DNA of 64,000 nucleotides from the human T2T-CHM13v2.0 reference genome, Homo sapiens, in assembly GCF_009914755.1 (NCBI RefSeq), contig NC_060925.1. One strand, 5' to 3'. The notes below the pieces were generated by a model. That model had not been told where the DNA came from and did no database searches. It was given only the letters and a program-made list of their open reading frames with translations. Positions 11,807-43,229 of the stretch are shown here, one piece after another. Every line of letters starts with the position of its first letter. The stretch's first letter is position 1. The translations under genes and the position numbers were made by a program.

Positions 11807-11854
<48 letters not shown>
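11807..11854. repeat. (AT)~24 microsatellite at an Alu tail
   Basis: Perfect AT run joined to the poly-T of the minus-strand Alu at 11855-12140. Confidence 0.95.
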
Positions 11855-11862
<8 letters not shown>

Positions 11863-12081
11863 TTTTTAAGACAGAGTCTTAAAAGGCTCTGGAGTGCAGT
11901 GGCACGATGTCAGCTAACTGCAACCTCGCCTCGCGGGTTCAAATGATTCCCCTGCCTCAGCCTCTCGAGTAGCTGGAATTACAGGCATGAGCCACAATGC
12001 CTGGCTAATTTTTATATTTTTAGTAGAGATGGGGTTTCGCCATGTTGGCCAGACTGCTCTTGAACTCCTGACTTCAGGTGA

Positions 12082-12231
<150 letters not shown>

Positions 12232-12740
12232 TGATACATTTTAGCTTTCCTTATGATTTATGGATGACTGTTTTACTAGGTTGGCATCCAATGTGGGGAA
12301 GCTGGCCACAGGCAGATCAGCTAAAATGATGAACCTAGTTGAAGCTAGAAAAGTCCAACTCCATTGGGCAGGTTAGCAAAGGGCTCTGGATTTTGAAAGG
12401 TTGTCCTGGAGCTGAGTTTGGGAGAAAGAGCTTGAGAGAATGTAATTGCTCTGCCTAACAGAGTGAAGAAGAATTTGAAGTTTGTTGGAAGATGAGAGCA
12501 AGAGGAGGAGGATGTAAGAGAGGGATGGTGGGCATTGCTTGGGGTGGGTGGGGTAAACCTATAAAGGATTTTTAGAACTGGGATGTCCAAATTCAATTTT
12601 AAGTTGTTTGTTTCACATCACTTATCTCTCCATCTTTTGTGGGCTAACCACAAGAAAGGCCTTGTGTGAGTAAGTTTTCTTTTTGTGTGTGGAAATTATG
12701 GAAAGAGGATGAGTTTCACAGTCTGGACAGCACACATTGA

Positions 12741-13585
<845 letters not shown>

Positions 13586-13744
13586 TAAGGGATAAAATTT
13601 ATTTATTTATGTCTTTCTTTCTTTCTTTCTTACTTTTGAGACAAGGTCTCCCTCTGTCACCTAGGCTGAAGTGCAATGGAGGAATCACCACTCACTGTAG
13701 CCTCAAGTTCCCGGGCTCCTGATCCTCCCACTTCAGCCTCCTGA

Positions 13745-14120
<376 letters not shown>

Positions 14121-16035
14121 TAGACACAGGGTCTTGTCATGTTTCCCAGGTTGTCTTGAACTCCTGGGCTCAAACAATCCTTCTGCCTTGGACTCCCAAA
14201 GTGCTGGGATTACAGGTGTGGGCCACTGCACCCAGCCTGGGGATGCAATTTTTATTATTGATGCAACCATCTTTGGAAAATACATCCTGCCACACTTGGG
14301 GTTATAAACTGAACCAATCCAGTGGTAGCTGAAGCTTAAAGCTGGAGCCAATCAAGATAAATTATAGGCCAGGCACGGTGGCTCACGCCTGTAATCCCAA
14401 CACTTTGGGAGGCCGAGGCAGGCAGATCATCTGAGGTCGGGAGTTTGAGACCAGCCTGACTAACATGGAGAAACCCCATCTCTACTAAAAATACAAAATT
14501 AGCCGGGCATGGTGGTGCATGCCTGTAATCCCAGCTACTCAGGAAGGCTGAGGCAGGAGAATAGCTTGAACCTGGGAGGTGGAGGTAGCGGTGAGCTGAA
14601 AGCACGCCACTGCACTCCAGCCTGGGCAACAAGAGTGAAACTCTGTCTAAAAAAAAAAAAAAAAAAAAAAAAATTTTATATATATATAAATATAAATATA
14701 TATAAATTTTAGGGAAGGCTTTGGACCACAAGACATGGACTGGAGGTTCCAGCCAATTGCATATGGGTGTTTGTTTGTATTTGGAAACAGGCTGGAGTGC
14801 AGTGGCACAATCTTAGCTCACTGCAGCCTTGACCTCCAAGGCCCAAGTGATCCTCCCACTTCAGCCTCCTCAGTAGGTACTTCTTGCATAGGACTCTTAA
14901 AGCACAGGGAGACCCTGAATAAGTGGAGAGTCATATATCTACATTTCTGTATAAGAAAACTCCATGTTGGCCAGGTGTGGTGGCTCATACCTGTAATCTC
15001 AGTACTCTTGAAAGCTCAGGCAGGAGAATCACTTGAGGCTAGGAGTTCAAGACCAGCTGGGGCAACACAGTGAGACCCCTTTCTCTACAAAAAAAAAAAA
15101 AAAAAATTAGCAGGGTGTAGTGGTGTCTCCCAGCTACTTGGGAGGCTGAGGTGGAAGGATCACTTGAACCCTGGAGTTTGAGGCTGCAGTGAGCTATGAT
15201 TGAGCCATGACATCCTAGCCTGGGTGACAGAACAAGACCGTCTCTAAAAACACAAAAAATAAAAATAGAAACTTAAAAACAAATGGCTAGGTATGGTGGC
15301 TCATGCTTGTAATCCCAGCACTTTGGGAGGCCAAGGTGGGAAGATCCCTTGAGCCCAAGATTTCAAGACTGGGCAACATAGATGTATATATATATAATAT
15401 TTGAAATCTATGATGAAAGTATATATATTTAGTTTATGATAAAGGTTAAATTCAAGAGCAGTGAGGAAAGGGTAGACTAGATGTTGAGGTAATTGGCCAT
15501 ATATTCAGAAAAAAATTCAACTTAGATTTCTATATCAGCATACCAAAACTATATTCTTGAACAAATTAATTGAGGGCCCATATATAAAGATAGCAAATTA
15601 TAAAAGGCCTAAAATAAATTTAAAAAATAATTTTTTTTGTCATGGAAAACATTTCTGGGCAGTACACAAAACCTAAAAAAGATAAGAAAAATGCTTAAAG
15701 TTGACTTTATCACACTTTTCTACACTTTATCACACTTTTTAAGTTTTTTTACAATAAAAATTACAGATAAAATTAAAAGTCAGAAAAGTTGAGAGTCATA
15801 TATCTACATTTCTGTATAAGGAAACTCCATGTTGGCCGAGTGTGGTGGCTCACACCTGTATTATAATGTATATTTACAATTACATATATATATTACATAT
15901 ACAATTACATATCTAAATATATATTTAGATAATATATATTATATAAATTATATAATTTACAGTATACATTACGAGACAAAGCATTAATATGGAAAACATA
16001 CAAAGAACTCTTATAAATCAATAAGACAAGCTCTA

Positions 16036-16191
<156 letters not shown>

Positions 16192-16194
16192 TTA

Positions 16195-16338
<144 letters not shown>

Positions 16339-18047
16339 TCAAAAAAAAAAAAAAAAAAAAAAAGAATATCTAATTCAAATATTCTACAAACTTTTTAGAG
16401 AATAGAAAAATAAAGAACATTCTCAAACTCATTAATGGGGCTGATATAAACTTGATACCCAAACCAGTGATAGGCAGTAAGAGAATGGAATATTAAAGGC
16501 CAATCTATTTTACGAACATAGATGCAAAAATCCCATATTAAATATTAACAGATTGGGCTGGGCACGTTGGCTCACGCCTATAATCCTAGCACTTTGAGAG
16601 GCTGAGGCAGGTGGATCTCCTGAGGTCAGGAGTTTGAGACCAGCCTGGCCAACATGGTAAAACCCTGTCTCTACCAAAAATACAAAAATTAGCTGGGCAT
16701 AATGGTACACACCTGTAGTCCCAGCTACTCAGGAGGCTGAGGCAAGAGAATTGCTTGAACCTGGGAGGCAGAGGTTGCAGCGACCCAAGATCACGCCACT
16801 GCTCTCCAACCTCAGCAACAGAGCAAGGACAGAACGGTTTCAAATGAGAAAATCTATTAATGCAAAGAGTTTAAGATCATATCAAGATACACACAAAAAA
16901 GCAACTCAAATGTCTGTTTTTGCTCCACCTACCATGGTAATTTTTTCTGCAGGATCAAGCCTGAAAATGAGGACCTAAGAGGCCAGGTCCCAGACCAGGA
17001 GGGAGCATAGACACCATTCCCTCCCCAGCCTCATCCCTTCTCCCAAGGAACAATTTACAGAGTCTGGCCACACCCTCCTAGGGACTAGAGCAAAAAATAG
17101 GGAAGATAAATGTCCCTTCTATTTCCTTTTTATTAGAATTAACTCAGGATTTCTCTTCTTTCAATACAATTTTAAGTTGTAGTCATAGAGATATTTTATA
17201 TTTGAACAGAGACTGAATCTGATTCAACCCCTGTGCTCCCCAATTGCAGAAGTCCTTCGATTTTGTTTTAAAGAGACACGATCTCATTATGTTGCTCAGG
17301 CCAGACTGGAACTTCTGGGCTCAAGCAATCCTCCCACTTCAGGCCCCTGAGTAGCTGGGACTACAGGCGTGTGCCACGGAATCAGCAAGTAACAGATCAC
17401 TGAATCAACCCCCAACCCACACTAGGCTGAGCCTTACTTAAGGACCTTCCCTAGCTGTGCCCTTCTCTCTCAGGGGCAGGTTCTCAGAGCTCAGTTTGGA
17501 GCTCACGGACTAAATCTTCTTACACCTTGCCAAATGCACCAGGCTCACATCATTTCCTTGATCATCTCCCAAAATCTCTCTCCTTGCTGTTCTGTTTTCC
17601 CTCCCCGACCCAGCATCCAAGTTCTCTGCCAGTCTCCCATCCTAACCTTCCCACGGTGTCTTCTGGAACATGGGTTCAACAATCAGCCAGCTTCCTTACT
17701 GTTCTCAATTTCCAGGAGCGTGTCCTCTGCCTCCAAGCCACAGAACTCAACATGATCCCTGACAACAGTCCTTCCCTGCAGCCCTCTTACCTGGAAGCTG
17801 ATTATCCTCTCACACCATATCCCTCAGGGACAGGGGGTGGAATCAGTGTCCACATTGTTTCTTGTAAAAAATCATATATTTATTTATTTTGAGACAGGAT
17901 ATCACCCTGTCACCCAGGCTTCAGTGCAGTGGTGCCATCAGGGCTCACTGCAGCCTCAACTTCCTGGGCTCAGACCTCCCAAGTAGCTGGGACCACAAGC
18001 GTGCACCACCACACCTGGCTATTTTTTATTTTTTGTAGTGGGGCTGA

Positions 18048-18523
<476 letters not shown>

Positions 18524-18556
18524 TGAGCCACCGCGCCCGGCCGTTATATCAACTGA

Positions 18557-18961
<405 letters not shown>

Positions 18962-19340
18962 TGAGCCCCCACTCCCGGCCTCAACCACTTCTTCTTCTTC
19001 TTTTTTTTTTTTTTTTTTTTTGAGACAGAGTTTTGCTCTTGTTGTCCAGGCCATAGTGCAATGGCCCTATCTCGGCTCACCGCAACCTCCACCTCCCGGG
19101 TTCAAGCAATTCTTCCGGTTCAGCCTCCCAAGTAGCTGTAATTACAGGCATGCCCCACCCTGCCTGGCTAAGTTTTCGTATTTTTAGTAGAGACGGGGTT
19201 TCTCCATGTTGGTCAGACTGGTCTCGAACTCCTGGCCTCAGGTGATTCGCCCGCCTCGGACTCCCAAAGAGCTGGGATTATAAGCGTGAGACACAGTGCC
19301 TGGCCATCAACAACTTCTTTAGGCCGGGCGCGGTGGCTCA

Positions 19341-19667
<327 letters not shown>

Positions 19668-19799
19668 TCAGTTTCTTGACTATTTCCTTTCTAGTGACCA
19701 TCTCTTCAACTCTTCTTCAGCAGTATTTTTAAGGAAGGCTATGCCTGGGGTTTGGTATCCTCCAGAAGTGTCTCACCTCTGAAATATTAAAATCAAACA

Positions 19800-20070
19800 A
19801 GAGCCACTGTGTAAGATGTCTGACACCCGTGTCGGGGAAACCACGTGGAGAGGCCCTGAGACTACATGGAGAGGGAGAGGGGCCAAGCTGAGCCCTGCTT
19901 TCCAGCTGTCCCCACCAAGGCACTAGCCATTTGACTAAAGCCATTTTAAACCTTCCAGACCAACCGCATCACCAGCTAAATACCTCCAAAAGCCCGAATT
20001 GACACCAAATGGAGAGAAAGAATCGCCCAGCCAAACCTTGCCTGAATTCCTGATCCACAGAATAGTGAGG
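19800..20070 (+). mobile_element. MLT1-family LTR fragment
   Basis: CCACGTGGAGAGGCCCTGAGACTACATGGAGAGG...CCTGAATTCCTGATCCACAGAA. Confidence 0.55.
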
Positions 20071-20074
20071 TATT

Positions 20075-28510
<8,436 letters not shown>

Positions 28511-28690
28511 TAGAACTCAGCCCAGTTTAAGAACTAACAAAATTTAGTGAGCACCTTCTTTGTACTAAATATGTACAACATTGGTCAAAATAGATACAGC
28601 CCCTAGCTTCACAGAGCTCACACTTAGGGTAGGGGTTCAGATAAGACAGAAGTGTGCTGACAGCTACATTAGAGGAAACTTGTGGGACTA

Positions 28691-28852
<162 letters not shown>

Positions 28853-30022
28853 CTACTAAAATTACATAAATTAGCTGGGCGTGATAGTGCACACCTGTAA
28901 TCCTAGCTATTCAGGAGGCCGAGGCAGAGAATCGCTTGAACCTGGGAGGTTGCGGTGAGATGAGATTGCGTCATTGTACTCCAGCCTGAGCAACAAGAGC
29001 GAAACTCCGTCTCAAAAAACAAACAAACAAAACCACGTCTTGCTAGAGATCCTATTTGCAGCCTGTCTCAGAGATCCTTAGCTCAAATTTAAAACCTCCT
29101 TGATGAGTTTCAAGTGAAGGCTAAGTTTTAAAGGAAAAAATCTTAAGGTTTTTGTTGTTGTTTTGTGTCTTTTTTTTTTTTTTTTTTTAAGAGATAAGGC
29201 CCCACTATGTTTCTCAGGCTGGTCTTGAACTCCTGGGTTCATGTGATTCTCCTGCCTTGGCCTCCCAAAATGTGAGGATTACAGGCGTGAGACAGTGTAT
29301 CAGGCCCTTCTTGAGCTTTTCTTTCACTCCTCTCTTCTTCCTCTTCCTTCTTTTCTCTCTTCTCCCTTTCCTTTCTTCCTCTTTCCCTTTCTTCTTTCCA
29401 AAGTATTTACCGAACACTTTCTCTGTTATCTAGGCACTGTTCTGTTTAATATAGAAGGTGCAATTATCCTCAGCAAACTCCTGTTGATCCTTAAAGACAC
29501 CACGTCCAGAAAGTCTCTCCAGGATCAACAAGCTGGATTAACACAGAGAACATGAGTGAAAACTATTTTTATTTTTTTATCCTACAAATATTTGTTGAGG
29601 ACGTTATGTGTCAGGCCTGTAGTGTGAGAAGATAATTAAATGATGTCATCATGAAGGCAGCAGCTAAGAACTACCATTTATTATTATTATTATTATTATT
29701 ATTTTCATTATTTGGAACCAAATCTCACTCTGTTGCCCAGGCTGGAGGGCAATGGCACGATCTCAGCTCACTGCAACCTCCGTCTCCTGGGTTCAAGCGA
29801 TTCTCTGCCTTAGCTTCCCAAGTAGCTGGGACTACAGGCCTGCACCACTACGCCTGGATAATTTTTGTATTTTTAGTAGAGATGGGGTTTCACCATGTTG
29901 GCCAGGCTGGTCTTGAACTCCTGATCTCAGGTGATCCACCCGCCTCGGCCTCCCAAAGTGTTGGGATTAGAAGCGTGAGCCACTGCGCCCGGCCGAGAAC
30001 TACCACTTATTATTAATGGTGA

Positions 30023-30231
<209 letters not shown>

Positions 30232-30479
30232 TAGCCAGGATGATCTGGATCCTCTGACCTCGTGATCTGCCTGCCTCGGCCTCCCAAAGTGCTGGGATTA
30301 CAAGTGTGAACCTCACCCAGCCTATCTTCAGAACTTCTATCAGATTATTTTGAAGGTGTGTGAACATATTTTTATTTGTTTGTTAAACCTTGAAGGTGGA
30401 TTGGATTTGAGAAATAGCTACTAGTTGTTCAAGACCAAGTTGGGTGAAAGATAATGGGTCAGAAATTATAATCTGGTAG

Positions 30480-30800
<321 letters not shown>

Positions 30801-30802
30801 TG

Positions 30803-31299
30803 ACTGTTAATTTTGTGTACTGATTTTACGTGTCATCTTGACTGGACTAAGGGATATTAGCTGGTAGAACATTATTTCTGGGTGTGCCTTTGAGGGTGTT
30901 TCTGGAAGAGTTAACGTTTGAATCAGTAGACTGAGAGCAAAGAAGATCCACCTTCATCTATGTGAGTGGGCAGCATCCAATCCATTGAGGGCTTGAATAA
31001 AAAGGCAGAGGAAGGGTGAATTCTCTCTGTCCTTGAGCTGGGACATCTATTTTCTCCTTCCCTTGGACATCGGAGCTCCTGGTTCTTGAACCGGTTTCCC
31101 TCCCCAACCCCACTCTCAGGCCTTCCACTGGGGACTAAATTACGCTACCGGCTTTCCTGGTTCTCAGCTTGCAGACAGTTTATCATTGGACTTCTTGGCC
31201 TTTGTAATCGCATGAGCCAACGCCCGTAATAAATTTCCTCTTACGTTATCTATATATATCCTATTGGTTCTGTTTCTCTGGAGAATCCTGACAAATACA
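30803..31299 (+). mobile_element. MLT2 (HERV-L) solo LTR
   Basis: Typical MLT2B motifs ATTATTTCTGGGTGTG...AATCAGTAGACTGAG...CTATTGGTTCTGTTTCTCTGGAGAA; ends AATACA. Confidence 0.8.
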
Positions 31300-31353
31300 A
31301 CAATAATGCTTATCATTTAAATATTTATATTATCATAATTATTGTGTTTATAA

Positions 31354-31653
<300 letters not shown>

Positions 31654-32407
31654 TGATTTCCCCAAGGACACACACCTGTTTTCCCACAGTGTCTAGCTCT
31701 GGATAGGTCTCAATAACATACATTTTCCCCACTTTCCACTACAGCCACAGCATAGGGTTGTGCATTTTAGGATCTGCACAAAAAGGGAGGACAGAGGAGT
31801 GGGGCTGAGACCCAGCCTGGAGATGTTTGCCGCAATATTTTATTTTGCTGGTTCTAGCTTTCTTAGAGAACTCTTAGGATCTTCTGTTTGACTTGAGCCC
31901 TGGGCTGCTCCAGTTTACACTCCTCAGATCTCTAAATTTATTTATTTATTTATTTATTTTTTGAGACCAGCTCTGACTGTTGCCCAGGCTGGGGTGCAGT
32001 GGCGCCATCTCGACTCAGTGCAACCTCTGCCTCGTGGGTTCAAACCTCAGCTCCTGCCTCAGCCTCCTGAGCAGCTGGGATTATAGATGTGCACCACCAC
32101 GCCCGGCTAATTTTTGTATTTTTAGTAGAGACGGGGTTTCACCCTGTTGGCCAGGCTGATCTCGAACTCCAGGCCTCATGTGATCCACCTGCCTCTGCCT
32201 CCCAAAGTGTTGGGATTACCGGCGTGAGCCACGACGCCCGGCCAAATCTCTAATTTCTAACCTTCCAATCTTCCAGTCGTTTCTTCCCACCTCCGATAGG
32301 AAGGAGAGGTGGGCTGCAGGGCAGGAAGAAAAGGCCCAGCTCCCTTCCCCACCAGTTGCTCCTTTAGACCGACTCCAGGTGAGCAGTAAATCAGGCTGGC
32401 TGGTGCT

Positions 32408-32426
32408 CTGGCGGCACCTAGTGGTC
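32408..32426 (-). promoter_or_regulatory. Candidate CTCF site
   Basis: Minus-strand GACCACTAGGTGCCGCCAG; one mismatch to CCASYAGRKGGCRS. Confidence 0.5.
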
Positions 32427-32635
32427 CTCTGCGGCAGCACACCATGATGACAGCTTGACAAGACGAATTAAAAGCCCCTTTCTCCAGGAGCTGCTAGCGA
32501 GATGAAACGGGCATAGAGGCAGATAAAGCACTGTGGGAACCCAGCGAGGGAGCAGTCGTGGTTTCTGGGGAGTTAGAACTTAGAATTTGGATTCAGCTAG
32601 ACTTGGATCCTGGTTCTACCACATACTGACTGTGA

Positions 32636-33009
<374 letters not shown>

Positions 33010-33825
33010 TGATCCCCCTTCCCTGCTAGAGAAGAGCAAACACAGCTGGTCAGTCCCGTGGAGCAAGTTGGGGCAGGGGCTGAGTCTCTTAATTACAGCA
33101 CAGTGAGACGACCTAGAACCCCTTCCTGGAAACAGCTGCCCATTCTGGGCTGAGCCAGAGTGCTAAACAGGTTTGCTCACCTGGCCTCTGGCTGCCCTCT
33201 TATGCCTGGCAGAAAATACCAACCATCAGCTTCCCACAGGTGCTTCTCTCTCCAGCTAGAACAGAGCAACTCCAAACTCCTCAGAATTGCCAATCCTGAC
33301 CCTGGTTTCATCTGACCTCCCACTTGTTCCATCTGATTCCTTCCCAGTGCTGGTCCAACACTGATAAGCTTTAGTGTCCGCTTACATGAACTACACTCTC
33401 CTGGCTTTCCTCCTACCTCTCCAGCTGTTCTTTCTCAGGCCCCTTGCAGATTTCTTTTCTCTGCACACCCTTACTTAGCACTCTACAAGGTCCTGTCCTA
33501 TCTTCTTATTCTTTATACTCTTCCTGGGCCATCTTATCCATCGGGTTGACTTTAACTGCTGCCTATATGTTTTCCTGAGTCTCAGACCTGCTTATCCAAC
33601 TGCTTCTCAGATGTTCCACAGGCACCACCAAACTGACATGTCCCAAATGAAATTATCTTCTTGCCCACAAACCTGTTCCTCTTCCTGTGTGGCCTACACA
33701 GCCAGTGGTCCCACCCTCTGCCCTATTGCATAAGCCAAAACTATGGATGTCATCCTGGAGAAGAGACTTCCCTCTCTCCTCCCCGAGAAATATTATCGCC
33801 TTGTCCCAGTGACTATACCTCATAG

Positions 33826-37572
<3,747 letters not shown>

Positions 37573-38279
37573 CACCCCTCTAAATCTTGTAGCCGATGTG
37601 GTCTGTCCAAGCAAACTCAGTCTTGTTAGCCTCCTGCTTAAAACTCTCCAATGGCTTTCCATGGACTCTAGGATGCAGAACAAATTCTTACCGTGGCTAT
37701 TACAAAGCAACATTTGTGAGTTGGCCCTTCTTTCCTGTGGAGCATCATGTTGCTCCTTTTTCCTCTCTCCTGCCTCCAGCATCCTGCATTGCAGGCATGC
37801 TAAACTGCCTGCAGCCTCACGGTGTCAAGGCTGCCATCACCCATCCTTTCTAATATTGCTCCTACTTGCTCTTCATCTAGTTCTCTCTTACTTGTTCTTA
37901 GATGACATCTAAACTAGACATCTAAGCTAGACATCTAAACTCTTCTGGAATCCTGCCCTGTCACTCTCCCCCGGGCCCTCTGGTCCCAGTCTGGCTATGT
38001 GCCCCCTCCATTGTTCTCCTGTCAGGGTGTATTGTATGCTACCGGAACGATTCATTTATTTTTCAGTCTCATCTACTAGATTATAAACTTTAAGAGGGCA
38101 GGGGCTGTATCTGCCTCACTGTTTATCCTCAGTTGCTTAGCAAGCGTCCAGTATGAAATAGAAACTGAGTATTTGCTGAGAAAATAAATGGGCAAGATTC
38201 CTTTGAGCTCACACAGTCCGTTCTGTGAACCCTCATTGCATGATTTGCTGGAGGATTATGGCAGAGACGTCCAATGCAA

Positions 38280-38436
38280 TCATCATGATAGAGGAAGTGA
38301 CTTGGAGCTCAGGGTGGGGGCGGCAGAGGGAGAGAGTCGAGCAGCCAGACCATTGCCTCACTAGTGAATGGCAGTGATTCCAGTTCATTCCTAGCTCAGA
38401 AAGCAACGTTTTGAGCCACAACTGTCACAACTCCAG
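38280..38436 (+). promoter_or_regulatory. SMAP2: Candidate distal promoter and non-coding first exon of an upstream SMAP2 isoform
   Basis: ETS/PU.1 AGAGGAAGTG at 38290-38299, GC box at 38312-38323, donor CAG|GTTAGT at 38436/38437. The SMAP2 assignment rests on recalled gene order and annotation. Confidence 0.45.
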
Positions 38437-38455
38437 GTTAGTCCCTAAGAAGATT

Positions 38456-38531
38456 TCTTTCTTTCCTTCTTTTCTTTTTTTTCTTTTCTTTCTTTCTTTC
38501 TTTCTTTCTCTTTCTTTTTCTTTCTTTCTTT
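38456..38531. repeat. (TTTC)n polypyrimidine microsatellite
   Basis: Direct reading. Confidence 0.9.
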
Positions 38532-38608
38532 CATCAGGTGTAGTTGTGAGAGGAGTTTCTTTTCTATTGATGCAAAAGAGACAACTCAGCTCTAAAGACT
38601 GACATTTA

Positions 38609-38977
<369 letters not shown>

Positions 38978-39379
38978 TCATCCACACACACCCCCACCAC
39001 ACACAAGCACAATTTTCATTTTTCTTTTTTTTTGAGATAGGGTCTCACTATGTTGCCCAATGCCCAGGCTGGTTTTGAACTCCTGGGCTCAAGCAATCCT
39101 CCCACCTCAGCCTCCCAAAGTGCTAGGATTACAAGTGTGAGCCATGCACCCAACCTTTTATTTTCATTTTTAAACCTTTTTTCACAATTTTCTTTTCTTC
39201 AACATGTCGTGAATTTATTTCCTGATCAGCATATAAAGATCTCTCTCATTGTTTTTTAATATTTTATTTTAGAATACATCTATTGTGTATTATAATATAA
39301 CGTTAAATTTGCATTTGGCTGGAGGAGAAAGGAGGGGAAGGTATTATGCTGGAGTTTCTGGAGTTTCTTTCTTTTCTCT

Positions 39380-39469
39380 TATATATTATATTATATTATA
39401 TTGTATTATATTGTATTGTATTATATTATATTATATTATATTATATTATATTATATTATATTATATTAG
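39380..39469. repeat. (TATTA/TATTG)n pentanucleotide repeat
   Basis: Direct reading, about 17 units. Confidence 0.92.
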
Positions 39470-39499
39470 AAAGTAGTCTTCAGACCTGGTATTTCTATC

Positions 39500-39534
<35 letters not shown>

Positions 39535-39909
39535 GACAGGTCTTGCTGTGTTGAGACCCAGGCTGGTCTCAAATTCCTGAACTCAAGCAATCCCACCTAG
39601 GCCTTCCAAAGTGCTGAAATTGCAGATGTGAGTCACTGCACCCAGCCACAATATACTTTTAAAGTCACTTTTATATCTGTTAGTAGCTGATATGCCCACC
39701 AGAATCAAGGAGCTAGATGACGATGAAAATGCAATTGGTTTCCCTGCTCTCACCCTTCACCCCTATATAAATACATTATTTAACCAGCCCCTTTGTTTAC
39801 AAAAATATGAATAATACTGTGAAGAAAGTTACTACACATAATGCATTGTGCATTTAATAAATTGTGTCCTTTGGATACTGCTAGAATAGGTTCTCAAAGA
39901 CAAGAATAG

Positions 39910-40077
<168 letters not shown>

Positions 40078-40409
40078 TAATTTTTTGTAGCCATGGGGTC
40101 TTGCTATGTTGCTCAGGCTAGTCTCAAACTCCTGGCCTCAAGAGATCCTCCAGTCTCAGCCTCCCAGAGTGCTGGGATTACAGGCATGAGCCACTGCACA
40201 TAACCAAAAGTGTGATTTTTTAAAAAATCATTTAATATATTGCTGGTGTTTCTCAGAAAAAAAAAACTTTTAACCAATTTAAACTTCCAAGTAAATGAAA
40301 ATGCATAGTTCCCTGTATATTCAACAACATTAGGTATTATAATTAAACTTCTTTTGCTGGTTTGATAAGTTTTTTAAAATCTTGTTTCATTTATTTTTAA
40401 TTTTTTTAG

Positions 40410-40736
<327 letters not shown>

Positions 40737-40958
40737 TAATTTGTGTGTGTGTGTGTGTTTGTGTGTGTGTGTTTTGTTTTTTTTTTTGTTTTTTTTTTAA
40801 AGCAAAGATGGAGTTTCACCACGTTGGCCAGGCTGGTCTCGAACTCTTGACCTTAGGTGATCTGCCAGCCTTGACCTCCCAAAGTGCTGGGATTACAGGC
40901 ATGGCTCCTGGCCAAATCTCATTTTCATATGTATTTCTTTCATTGGTAATAAGGCTAA

Positions 40959-41156
<198 letters not shown>

Positions 41157-42280
41157 TGAGTAGCTGGGATTACAGGCATGAGCCACTGTACCTGGCCTGT
41201 CTTCAGATAATTCTTTGTTCATTTTTTTGTTGGAGGGTATTTTTATTGGTTTATAGTATAGCATACACATTTTTAGTGTAGTGTTTTAGGATATTAACAA
41301 TTCGGCATATTTGTGGTACATATTCTTCCAGCTAGTTGCTTTCCTTTAAATATATTTTATGATCTTTAAAAACATACATTAAATGTGTGTGTGTGTGTGT
41401 CTGTGTGTGAGATTTATTCCATTCCATGGATTTTATGCTTAGAAAAATTTTTGGTCATTTATTCTACATACTCATCTATTTTTTCAAATTTATTTTGGTG
41501 TGTTTTCAATTTCTCACTATTATAAATAATGTTTTAAAAATCCTAGCTGGGTGCAGTGGCTCACACCTGTAATCCCAGCACTTCAGGAGGTCGAGGCAGG
41601 CAGATTGCTTGAGCTCAGGAGTTCAAGACCAGCCTGGGCAACATAGCGTGACCTCATCTCTACAAAAGAAAAATAATTTTTTAAAATAAATAAAACATTT
41701 TAAAAAATCCTTGTATTCAACTATAATTATTGCTTTAGGATGAATTCTTGAAAGCAAAATATCAGACAGAGTACACAATATTCTAAGGCATTTGATATGT
41801 ATTTCTGAATTGTTCTCCAGAATTGAGTTAACAAATTACAACCCCCTCCCTGCCAGCATTATACAAGGTTACCTGCTTTCTACTTCCCAGCCCAGGGAGT
41901 ATTAAAAGTCTTTGCCAACATGGAGGTTGAAATATAATTTTAGGCCAGGCACAGTGGCTCACGCCTGTAATCCTAGCACTTTGGGAGGCCGAGGTGGGTG
42001 GATCACCTGAGGTCAGGAGTTTGAGACCAGCCTGGCCAACACGGTGAAGCCCTGCCTTCACTAAAAATACAAAAATCAGCTGGGCATGGTGGCGTGCACC
42101 AGAGAATGAGTCAAGAGAATCGCTTGAACCCAGGAGGCAGAGGTTGCAGTGAGCAGAGATGGCGCCGCTTCACTCAAGCCTGGGTGACAGAGGGAGACTC
42201 TGTCCCCCCTCAAAAAAAAAATTAATAAACTTATGAAAAAATTTGCTCTCACTAGAAATCAAAGAAATACAAATCAGTAG

Positions 42281-42478
<198 letters not shown>

Positions 42479-43013
42479 TAGTAGAGGCAGGGCTTCACCA
42501 TGTTGGCCAGGCTGGTCTCAAACTCCTGACCTCAGATGATCCACCTGCCTCGGCCTCCCAAAGTGCTGGGATTACGGGCGTAAGCCACCATGCCTGGCCT
42601 CATTTTTGTTTTTCTTTAAAGTGCTTGCTCATATTATCTTCTCTATTTTCCTATTGGGATGTTTAATTTACTAAATTCTCTCACAATTTCATTTCTGTGA
42701 ATTTTTCTTAGATTATTCTTTTTGCTTTTGGTTGCTGATGTTGTGAAGTTTTGTAACGTTAATGATAAAGCTGGGGTCAAAAATAGGCCTGCTGTTCATA
42801 GTCAATAATAACGAAGGTACCCCCTGTTGAGCACGTACAGTATCCCAGGTACTTCTCAGACACCTCTCATCTATACAGCTTCTAATTTTCACAACCACCT
42901 TTTTATCCTCATGTTACAGATGAGGAAACTGCGGCACATAGAGGTTAAGTATCTTGCCTCAAGTCACACAGCTAGTAAGTGGCAGAGCTTTTTATTATTT
43001 TGAATCCTCATAA

Positions 43014-43229
<216 letters not shown>

